Below the pieces are notes generated by a model, which saw nothing but the letters and a program-made list of their open reading frames with translations, was not told the DNA's origin and searched no databases. Below are positions 1 to 5,876 of a stretch of 38,850 nucleotides of DNA, piece after piece. The position numbers and the translations under genes are program-made. Origin of the DNA: a virus; the IMG/VR virus record IMGVR_UViG_3300045988_098026, positions 1 to 38,850 of that record; one strand, written 5' to 3'. Every line of letters begins with the position of its first letter. Position 1 is the first letter of the stretch.

Positions 1-99
1 CGGATCGTTTCCGCCGGGTTCCTGACGTGGGATCAGGTGGAACAGATCGAAGAGGAGGCCACCGCATGAGCTATCTTGACCTATTCCAGCGCTACGGCA
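1..99. repeat. Terminal direct repeat, copy 1 (identical to 38752..38850). Assembly overlap of a circular or circularly permuted genome.
   Basis: Read by eye: nt 1-99 (cggatcgtttccgccggg...cgctacggca) equal the last 99 nt of the window. Confidence 0.95.
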
Positions 100-521
100 A
101 CCCCAGCCGGGAAGCGGAAATACGGCTGACTGCCTATCTGCTCCGGCCCGACGTCCTGACCGCCGACCGCATCAAAGCCCACGATGACAGCGCCGCCCGT
201 GTCATTGCCCAGTGTCAAGCCCTGATCGGCCAGCTGACCGAGTACCGCGCAGCCCTGGCGGAGCGATACGCCGCCCTTGCGACTGCCGCCTACCGTGACC
301 GGCTGGAGCTGACCCGTGACCCCGGTTACAGGGGCAAGCCGGTGATCTACTTTGTGCGGATCGTCCGCACTTATGAGGACGGCACAACGGAGCGAGTTTT
401 AGACGAAAAATATTTCGGCACGGAGCGCCGGAAAGCTTTCGCCCGATTTGAAGAGCTGAAGCACCAGCGCCCCGGCATTGAGACCATGCAGGACACCGAC
501 AAACGCAGTTGGGAGCGTTGA
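66..521 (+). CDS. Hypothetical protein, last gene of the operon that crosses the circle junction
   Basis: ATG at 66 overlaps the TGA stop (ATGA) of the gene ending at 38820 (= nt 69). The track ORF start at 27 lies inside that upstream gene. No recognisable motif. Followed by a terminator. Confidence 0.6.
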   Translation: MSYLDLFQRYGNPSREAEIRLTAYLLRPDVLTADRIKAHDDSAARVIAQCQALIGQLTEYRAALAERYAALATAAYRDRLELTRDPGYRGKPVIYFVRIVRTYEDGTTERVLDEKYFGTERRKAFARFEELKHQRPGIETMQDTDKRSWER

Positions 522-536
522 CAACCGAAAAAGAAC

Positions 537-569
537 AGCGGCCCGGAGCCATCCGAGCCGCTGATTTTT
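537..569 (+). terminator. Rho-independent terminator of the junction-spanning plus-strand operon
   Basis: Stem AGCGGC.CGGA / TCCG.GCCGCT (537-562) followed by GATTTTTAT, 16 nt after the stop at 521. Confidence 0.7.
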
Positions 570-587
570 ATGCCGTTTTTGCCATGA

Positions 588-805
588 TTCACAGTACGTT
601 CACAGTATAGCCAGAAATCCCACTGAAATCCTCATAAAGTGTTAACAGATGGTTATTTATTCACCATCTACGCCTTATTACATCAGCCTGCACAAAAGCC
701 CATCAAACCACGCAATTTCAACGCTTCCGGTGTTTTTTAGAATTGCGTTTTGATGTAACCTGATGTAGAAAAATTGAATAAAAACTTCACAGTAACTTCA
801 CAGTT
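588..805. other. attP: Putative attP region with arm-type repeats flanking a core-like inverted repeat
   Basis: Four copies of TTCACAGT(A/T) form two 11-bp-spaced pairs (588/599 and 786/797). They flank AGATGGT-N9-ACCATCT (647..669). TTACATCAG (678) is inverted relative to TGATGTAA/CTGATGTAG (751/760). Region abuts the 3' end of the integrase gene. Confidence 0.5.
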
Positions 806-1892
806 GCGAGACGGGTTTCTCGTCGAAATACGCCGTCAGCTTTTCGGCTGCCGTCTGCCTCCGGTCCTGCCGCAGATGGGTGTAAACCGCCTCCACCACC
901 TCCGGCGTATCGCCCAGCAGCCCAGCCGCCTGTCTGGGGTCAAGCCCCGCCTCATAACAGATTGTCGCAAAGCTATGCCGGAAGCAGTGCGGCGTGATGG
1001 GAAACGTCTCCACCGTCTCGCCGTTTTCGCCCTGCTGGATCTGATTCAGGCCCACGTCCCGGCAGTAGTGCCGCCACTCCCGCGTGATCTCGTGGGGCCG
1101 CATATAGCCCCCATCGTCACCGGGGAACAGCAACCCGATCCGGTTTTTCGGCAGTGCCGCTGCCAGAGGCGGCAGCAGGGGAATATCCCGCAGGCCGTTA
1201 TCCGACTTCAGATGATTTTCCAAAACCGGCTTGGTGGTTGCGTAGTTGATCTTTTTGTCGATGTGGATCACGCCAGCTTTGCGGTCGATGTCACGATACG
1301 TCAGCGCCAGCGCTTCACCCCGGCGGCATCCGGTGTAAAGCAGTAGATACCCGAACAGCCACCAGCGCGCCGTCTTAGCCTCGCCCGCCGCCCGAACGGC
1401 CTCCTCTTGCTCTTCCGTCAGCGCCTCCCGCTTTTTGCAGGGCAGACCCCGGCTCTTCTTAACCTCCGCCGCCGGGCTGATCCGAATATCGCCCTTGATG
1501 ACGGCATGGGTGAAGATCATCCGACAGACGGCAAGCTCAATGCCGACGCTGTTTGCGCTGCGGCCCTGCGCCTCAAAACGCTTGATGTAGTTCCGCACAT
1601 CTACCGGCTCGATCTCTGACGCCCGCCCCGGAAACGCCTCTTTCAGACGCTTCACAGCGTAGCTGTATACCCGCCGGGACGATTCGGAGATCTCGCTTTC
1701 ATGCTCTCGCTCCCACTCGTCCGCGATCACCGGGAAATTCCGGCCTTTCTCCGCCTCCAGCTTGTACTCTAATATCTTGCGGTCTACCTCTCTGTCAGTC
1801 TTGCCGCGAAACGCTACCCGCTTGCCATTGATGGTGCGGATTGCCTCGTGCAGCCCGTCCTTGCGGACGCCATATTTACTTTTCTTCGCCAT
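798..1892 (-). CDS. int: Tyrosine-type site-specific integrase
   Basis: 364 aa. Catalytic signature visible: YTGCRRGEALAL (Arg), HCFRHSFAT (H-x-x-R), LGDTPEVVEAVYTH (Tyr). AGGAGGAAAGGAA RBS upstream of the ATG. Confidence 0.9.
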   Translation of the reverse strand: MAKKSKYGVRKDGLHEAIRTINGKRVAFRGKTDREVDRKILEYKLEAEKGRNFPVIADEWEREHESEISESSRRVYSYAVKRLKEAFPGRASEIEPVDVRNYIKRFEAQGRSANSVGIELAVCRMIFTHAVIKGDIRISPAAEVKKSRGLPCKKREALTEEQEEAVRAAGEAKTARWWLFGYLLLYTGCRRGEALALTYRDIDRKAGVIHIDKKINYATTKPVLENHLKSDNGLRDIPLLPPLAAALPKNRIGLLFPGDDGGYMRPHEITREWRHYCRDVGLNQIQQGENGETVETFPITPHCFRHSFATICYEAGLDPRQAAGLLGDTPEVVEAVYTHLRQDRRQTAAEKLTAYFDEKPVSQL

Positions 1893-1989
1893 TTTTTCCT
1901 TTCCTCCTGTTGCATCGCCAGGGGGATCGTGCTATACTATGGTTGATCCTCCTTTGGCTTTGTCGTGATTGCGATTGGTGGTATCATCT

Positions 1990-2019
1990 GCCGTCTGAGT
2001 GTTCCAGCACTCAGACGGC
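1990..2019. terminator. Perfect 12-bp hairpin between the HTH-TM gene and int. Terminator or insulator candidate.
   Basis: GCCGTCTGAGTG-ttccag-CACTCAGACGGC. A T-rich run (TTTCTATTTAT) follows only in plus-strand sense. It lies 8 nt beyond the minus-strand stop at 2027. Confidence 0.4.
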
Positions 2020-2026
2020 TTTCTAT

Positions 2027-2380
2027 TTATCCTATGTACCGGATCGCGCCCCAGCCCCCGTGAGTAGCGTCCAGATAGAGCAGCAGCAGAAAAACCAAAA
2101 GGGAAACGAGAACCCCGAACAATACCCGCTTCTCCCACTGTTGCTGGCGGATCAGCCGCCGCAGATCGTCGATGTGAGCGGCGTAAATGCCATGGTCATC
2201 GTCCTGTTCACTGTTCCGCAACACCTCCAGAATCTTTTCGGCCATATCATCCGGCGGTTTCGCCGCGCCGGAAATGTAGCGCGATACCATACTTTCTGAT
2301 ACATTGCACTGCTCGCCGATCTCCCGCAGCGTCAGCGGGCTTTTCATGCGCATTGCGCGGGCTTTTTCCGAAAAGTTCAC
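2027..2380 (-). CDS. Membrane-anchored XRE-type HTH protein
   Basis: HTH segment LTLREIGEQCNVSESMVSRYISG plus a C-terminal hydrophobic helix VLFGVLVSLLVFLLLLYL. Start is probably the GTG at 2380, 6 nt after AAGGAGGGG; the track ATG at 2410 has no RBS. Confidence 0.6.
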   Translation of the reverse strand: MNFSEKARAMRMKSPLTLREIGEQCNVSESMVSRYISGAAKPPDDMAEKILEVLRNSEQDDDHGIYAAHIDDLRRLIRQQQWEKRVLFGVLVSLLVFLLLLYLDATHGGWGAIRYIG

Positions 2381-2481
2381 CGTTTTCCCCTCCTTGCAAG
2401 TTTTTTGCAAGGAAAATCCTCCCTTTGAATTGGACTTTCCTGCCAGATGGGTCTATTATTCTCATAGGCCCACTCCCCTTT

Positions 2482-2511
2482 CCCCGGTCCCGCTTCGGCG
2501 GGCCGGGGTTT
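2482..2511 (+). terminator. GC-rich UUCG-loop hairpin with a short T-run, in the gap between repressor and HTH-TM genes
   Basis: CCCCGG-T-CCCGC ttcg GCGGG-CCGGGG followed by TTT. The U-tract is weak in both senses. Confidence 0.35.
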
Positions 2512-2531
2512 CAAATAGAAAGGAGCATCCC

Positions 2532-2672
2532 ATGACAGACCTTGAAATCCTATTGGCATTGCGTTCCCTGTCCCCGGAAAAGCAGGTGCTTGCTATTCAA
2601 GCCCTGCAAGAGCTTCTATTATCGCAACAATCCGTTCCCGGTCCTCCGGTGATAGATTGTGGATCATCATAA
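2532..2672 (+). CDS. Candidate 46-aa ORF antisense to the repressor 3' end
   Basis: AAAGGAG RBS (2519-2525) 6 nt before the ATG at 2532. Peptide MTDLEILLALRSLSPEKQVLAIQALQELL resembles the repressor C-terminus LLMMIHNLSPEDRERIVAIIEALAGLE. Overlaps 2593..2672 of the repressor gene in antisense. Confidence 0.3.
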   Translation: MTDLEILLALRSLSPEKQVLAIQALQELLLSQQSVPGPPVIDCGSS

Positions 2673-2922
2673 GCAGCCTTTTATCTTCTGCGTTCAGCTC
2701 GCCCTCATTCGTGGGGGCGGGCTGTTTTTCGTCTATCAGATATGAAGGCTGCACGTCAAACAGCTTCGCCATTGCTTTTATCTTAGATGTTGGTATATCG
2801 TCTACCCGGCCGCACTCCCATTTGCTTACAGCATTGGTTTTTACCCCCAGCTTTTCGCCTAATTCCGTTTGTGTCAAGCCGAGGGCTTTCCGGTGCAGCC
2901 GGATCTTGTCCCCTATTGTCAT
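2593..2922 (-). CDS. cI-like repressor (XRE-family HTH)
   Basis: 109 aa. IRLHRKALGLTQTELGEKLGVKTNAVSKWECG is a classic HTH_3 motif. Divergent from the cro-like gene across an operator/promoter region. Confidence 0.85.
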   Translation of the reverse strand: MTIGDKIRLHRKALGLTQTELGEKLGVKTNAVSKWECGRVDDIPTSKIKAMAKLFDVQPSYLIDEKQPAPTNEGELNAEDKRLLMMIHNLSPEDRERIVAIIEALAGLE

Positions 2923-2952
2923 CGCTTCTTATCCTTTCCGTTTGTTATCTTA

Positions 2953-3040
2953 ATAATACCATATTTTTTTAAAAAGTCAATAAAAATATCTTGACAAGAT
3001 GAAATAAATGAGTATAATGAAATTATCTTGAAAAGATGAA
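2953..3040. promoter_or_regulatory. Genetic-switch region with back-to-back promoters and palindromic operators
   Basis: Minus strand: TTGACT (2980..2975), 16 nt, TATTAT (2958..2953). Plus strand: TTGACA (2991..2996), 16 nt, TATAAT (3013..3018). Palindrome ATCTTG-A-CAAGAT (2988..3000) covers the plus -35. ATCTTGAAAAGAT (3025..3037) lies after the -10. Confidence 0.75.
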
Positions 3041-3054
3041 TTGAGGTGACAAAA

Positions 3055-3261
3055 ATGAACGCAAATATGTTGAAGGGACGCCTCCGCGAAAAGGCCATGA
3101 CACAAGCCGACCTTGCCCCTCAAGTCGGACTGAGCCTGTCCAGATTCAACGCTAAGTTAAACGAAACTGGCGGTGCTGAGTTTTCTCTTGGCGAAGTCCG
3201 CGCGATCAAGCGCGTTTTGGGTCTGGATCAGGAACAGACGGAGCAAATTTTTTTCTCCTGA
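3055..3261 (+). CDS. Cro-like small HTH regulator
   Basis: GAGGTG RBS (3043-3048) 6 nt before the ATG at 3055; the track starts at the GTG at 3046. MTQADLAPQVGLSLSRFNAKLNE is HTH-like. 68 aa, divergent from the repressor. Confidence 0.75.
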   Translation: MNANMLKGRLREKAMTQADLAPQVGLSLSRFNAKLNETGGAEFSLGEVRAIKRVLGLDQEQTEQIFFS

Positions 3262-3283
3262 AATTATCTTGAAAAGGTGAATT
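3259..3283. promoter_or_regulatory. Third operator-containing repeat, a 25-nt direct repeat of 3018..3042 with one mismatch
   Basis: TGAAATTATCTTGAAAAGGTGAATT versus TGAAATTATCTTGAAAAGATGAATT at 3018..3042. Lies between the convergent cro-like and membrane-protein genes. Confidence 0.6.
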
Positions 3284-3597
3284 TATGACGGCATTGCGAG
3301 CCTAATTGCATAGGTGATAAACGCAAGCACCGCCAGCATAATCAGAAGGTTTCTAACCCGCTCCCCGATGGGCAAATCGTGTCCCACTGGCATGGAGTTT
3401 CCCCAATTACCACCGGTCGCAGCAAAGGCTCCAAAAGCCCAAAGAATCCCTGTGATAAATGTTGCTGCTGCCAAGGTCAGCAGACCTTCAACCGGTGATT
3501 CCTTGATCCAGTCAACCCCCAGGTCAATGCAGGTCAAAACCCATCCCAATGGTACAAATTCCGTAAAATCTAAAATTCCGCTCAGTATTTTCTTCAT
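3283..3597 (-). CDS. Small integral membrane protein, moron or superinfection-exclusion candidate
   Basis: 104 aa with about three hydrophobic helices (LTLAAATFITGILWAFGAFAA, LLIMLAVLAFITYAI). AGGGGGA RBS 6 nt upstream. Opposite strand to the surrounding early genes, with lower GC3. Confidence 0.65.
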   Translation of the reverse strand: MKKILSGILDFTEFVPLGWVLTCIDLGVDWIKESPVEGLLTLAAATFITGILWAFGAFAATGGNWGNSMPVGHDLPIGERVRNLLIMLAVLAFITYAIRLAMPS

Positions 3598-3622
3598 TTC
3601 AATTCCCCCTGAGGTGTTATTT

Positions 3623-3835
3623 ATGTCTTTTCTCTACCGCTTACTTGATAAGTTCTTTGACCCACCGCCAAAATGGCTCGATAAGACCGGGAAAGTGATC
3701 TACTACGATACCCAGGATGAACGTTATAAGCGGTACAAGCACCTGTGCTATCGCAATCTTCTTCTGAAATCGGTGCTCGCGTTCCTTCTCGGCATCCTGT
3801 TTAGCGTGTTCCTTGGCGGCTTGATCCGCCGCTAA
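3623..3835 (+). CDS. Small C-terminally membrane-anchored protein; strand assignment ambiguous
   Basis: GAGGTG RBS (3611-3616) 6 nt before the ATG at 3623. 70 aa ending in LAFLLGILFSVFLGGLI. GC3 is higher than in the same-triplet antisense ORF (3641..3868, GTG start after AAGGGGGGA), which is a competing model. Confidence 0.35.
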   Translation: MSFLYRLLDKFFDPPPKWLDKTGKVIYYDTQDERYKRYKHLCYRNLLLKSVLAFLLGILFSVFLGGLIRR

Positions 3836-3939
3836 CTTCTTTGCGTATTCTTCAAATTCCCTCTGCACCGCACATCCCCCCTTACCCCCAAACATACACC
3901 AATTCACACCAACAAGCAATCACGAAAAGGAGAATCAAC

Positions 3940-4533
3940 ATGAAAGAACTGAAAGTAAAGCTCACCTTCACCGAACCCATCCTCGGCACGTCCCCCGCCA
4001 ACCCGGAGATCTACCGGGAGTTTATCGGCTCCAAGTCCCCCGATGCCGCCACCGTGGAGGAGGAAGTCTCCGCGCTGGGCGCTGACGCCGTGGCAGAAAA
4101 GGCCATGACGGTGTTCCCCCGGATGGAGGACGGCACCCCGTTCCTGTATGACTACCAGATCAAGGGCTTTTTCAAGGACACCTGCGGCGGTCTCCGCAAG
4201 GTCAAAGGCACAGCCAGCGAGAAGATCAAGGCTTACAAGAAGGAGATCGACAAGCTGATCTTCCCGGAGCCCCGCGTGATCCCGTTGGAGTTTGACGGCC
4301 CCGTGGGCGAGTGTCAGCGCCCCCTGAGAGCGCAGACGGCCCAGGGCGAGCGCGTCAGCCTTGCCATGAGTGAGGAGATCCCCGCCGGGGCCACCTGCGA
4401 GTTCCGGGTGACCTGCCTCTGCGACGATCATGAGAAGGCCGTCCGGGAATGGCTGGACTATGGCCGCTTCTCCGGCATCGGCCAGTGGCGCAACAGTGGG
4501 AAAGGCCGGTTTACCTGGGAGGAGACCCAGTAA
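3940..4533 (+). CDS. Hypothetical early protein with a RAMP/Cas6-like C-terminal glycine-rich loop (speculative)
   Basis: AAAGGAGA RBS, ATG at 3940 (MKELKVKLTF...); the track start at 3841 has no RBS. 197 aa. C-terminus is YGRFSGIGQWRNSGKGRFTWEE. No other motif recognised. Confidence 0.7.
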   Translation: MKELKVKLTFTEPILGTSPANPEIYREFIGSKSPDAATVEEEVSALGADAVAEKAMTVFPRMEDGTPFLYDYQIKGFFKDTCGGLRKVKGTASEKIKAYKKEIDKLIFPEPRVIPLEFDGPVGECQRPLRAQTAQGERVSLAMSEEIPAGATCEFRVTCLCDDHEKAVREWLDYGRFSGIGQWRNSGKGRFTWEETQ

Positions 4534-4746
4534 CGCAGCGGAATGGAAGGGCCGCGAATCGTTCAGCAATGCGACGGCAAAGCCATGTAACGCAAAGATC
4601 GGCCACGGCAATGCTATGCGATGCTGGTAACAGCAACGGCAAAGTAGTGAAGCGCTTAGCAAAGGCAATGCACAGAGTAGCCATGCAATGCAATGGAATG
4701 GAGGAGCGAAGTTGCGTACTGCTAAGAACAGCAACGGAATGGAATA
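4532..4746. repeat. Degenerate tandem repeats of about 97 bp (2.2 copies) in a 300-bp non-coding gap
   Basis: AACGCAGCGGAATGGAA (4532), AACAGCAACGGCAAAG (4629) and AACAGCAACGGAATGGAA (4727) are 97-98 nt apart. Units A and B also share AGCCATG(T/C)AA(C/T)GCAA at the same offset. The words GCAATG, GGAATGG and ACGGCAA recur. Confidence 0.6.
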
Positions 4747-4832
4747 GATCTGCTCGGCAGTGCGGCGGCTTAGATTAGCTATACCCCGCCCAATCAATCG
4801 CGATCACGACAAAACAAAAGAAGGAGGCCCCT

Positions 4833-5033
4833 ATGGAACATCCAGCATATCGAGACAATCTCGAACAAATCCTCGCCTTTACCGGAGGGCGGCAGCTTCT
4901 GAACATCAAGGACATCAAGGCGTTCACCGGCATCCGGGATCCCCGCACCGTCAGGAAGTACTACCCTATGGACGCCAGCGGCCATATCTCCGCCGCCACC
5001 TTCGCCCGGCAACTCTGCGGAGGCAAAAAATGA
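4833..5033 (+). CDS. Small DNA-binding protein, excisionase/AlpA-like HTH (tentative)
   Basis: AAGAAGGAGG RBS. 66 aa. LLNIKDIKAFTGIRDPRTVRKYYP resembles Xis/HTH_17-type motifs. Confidence 0.5.
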   Translation: MEHPAYRDNLEQILAFTGGRQLLNIKDIKAFTGIRDPRTVRKYYPMDASGHISAATFARQLCGGKK

Positions 5034-5245
5034 GCAGCTACAACAGCATCGCCCGCAGCCGGCAGGCCCCGGAAACACCCCGCCGGCCGTCACTGGGCAC
5101 ACGGGGAACATGGCCGTTCCAAATTGAGGGTGACCATCCCCGCTTGAAACCCGGCACCGTCACTTACATCAACAGCCCGCATCGCTGGTTTCTCGTCACC
5201 TTCGACGATGGCCACCGTCAGTGCTATCACTTCGGGGAGGCTTAA
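5030..5245 (+). CDS. Hypothetical protein
   Basis: ATG at 5030 overlaps the upstream TGA (ATGA). GGAGG lies 6 nt upstream. 71 aa (MSSYNSIARS...). Confidence 0.55.
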   Translation: MSSYNSIARSRQAPETPRRPSLGTRGTWPFQIEGDHPRLKPGTVTYINSPHRWFLVTFDDGHRQCYHFGEA

Positions 5246-5247
5246 CT

Positions 5248-5358
5248 ATGGATACAACAACATACGTTTTCATGCTGATCGGCGTGGCCACCGTCGCCGC
5301 GTGGCCCCTTCGGATCGTGGATCTCATCGAGAGGGGGCCCCGCCGTGAAAAGAGATAA
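5248..5358 (+). CDS. Tiny single-pass membrane peptide (36 aa)
   Basis: GGGGAGG RBS 7 nt before the ATG at 5248. MDTTTYVFMLIGVATVAAWPLRIVDLIERGPRREKR. Below the track cutoff; translated by hand. Confidence 0.4.
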   Translation: MDTTTYVFMLIGVATVAAWPLRIVDLIERGPRREKR

Positions 5359-5473
5359 CCGCACACGGGAGGAGCGCCGCCGGAGCCGGGCCGACTTCTC
5401 CGCATTGGTCTCCTTCGGCTGCTTCCTGGGCCTTTTGGCCCTGGCTTTGGCTTATATCCTGGGGGCGGTCTGA
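5345..5473 (+). CDS. Tiny single-pass membrane peptide (42 aa, GTG start)
   Basis: GAGAGGGGG 7 nt before the GTG at 5345. VKRDNRTREERRRSRADFSALVSFGCFLGLLALALAYILGAV. Its stop overlaps the next ATG (TGATG). Confidence 0.35.
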   Translation: MKRDNRTREERRRSRADFSALVSFGCFLGLLALALAYILGAV

Positions 5474-5661
5474 TGGGCCGCCGCCGTCAAATGAAAGAAC
5501 TGCCGCCCTGCCCCCGCTGTGGGATGTACGGCGGCAAGCGCATGGTCGCTCAGGGGAACACGGATGGCTTCTTCGTTCTCTGCGATTCCTGCGGCTACCG
5601 AACGAAAAACTATACGGACATCGCCCACGCGGTCCGTGTCTGGAGGGAAACTCAGCTATGA
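5473..5661 (+). CDS. Zn-ribbon protein, Lar-like (restriction alleviation family; tentative)
   Basis: KELPPCPRCG...VLCDSCGYRT...AVRVWRE parallels the clearer Lar-like ORF at 12354. Start may be the internal ATG (MKEL). Confidence 0.45.
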   Translation: MGRRRQMKELPPCPRCGMYGGKRMVAQGNTDGFFVLCDSCGYRTKNYTDIAHAVRVWRETQL

Positions 5662-5876
5662 CCAGAAAAACCTATCCCATCTGCCACTTCTGCGAGCATC
5701 CCCTGAACCCCAATGCGGAGGACGATTGCGACCGCGTGTTTGTCCTGCCCAATGGGGAGCTGTGCTGCCCGCCCTGCTTTAAGGACTACCTGTCAAACGA
5801 GCTGGATAAAAATATGGACCTGTTTGCCGACGCCCTCGGCATCCCGGTGCTGTATACGGAGGGGCCGTCATGCTGA
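5658..5876 (+). CDS. Cys-rich Zn-ribbon mini-protein
   Basis: ATGA overlap with the upstream gene. CHFC...CCPPC motifs. 72 aa. Confidence 0.55.
   Translation: MTRKTYPICHFCEHPLNPNAEDDCDRVFVLPNGELCCPPCFKDYLSNELDKNMDLFADALGIPVLYTEGPSC

Noticed and set aside
27-65. Upstream extension of the first ORF (track start at 27).
   Set aside because: The 27..65 stretch lies inside the 3' end of the gene that crosses the circle junction. The ATG at 66 gives the ATGA stop/start coupling used throughout this genome.
3641-3919. Minus-strand ORF (92 aa in the track, more plausibly 3641..3868 from a GTG after AAGGGGGGA) as an alternative to the plus-strand 3623..3835 call.
   Set aside because: Not truly excluded. 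I kept the plus-strand model because of higher GC3 and fewer rare ATA/GTA codons. Both have an RBS and a transmembrane helix, and the question needs expression or homology data.
4430-4778. ORFs 4430..4630, 4449..4778 and 4511..4693 (minus), plus the 297-aa minus-strand ORF 3904..4797.
   Set aside because: They lack an RBS, are repeat-derived or antisense to a well-supported gene, and their composition follows the DNA repeat words rather than protein-like patterns.
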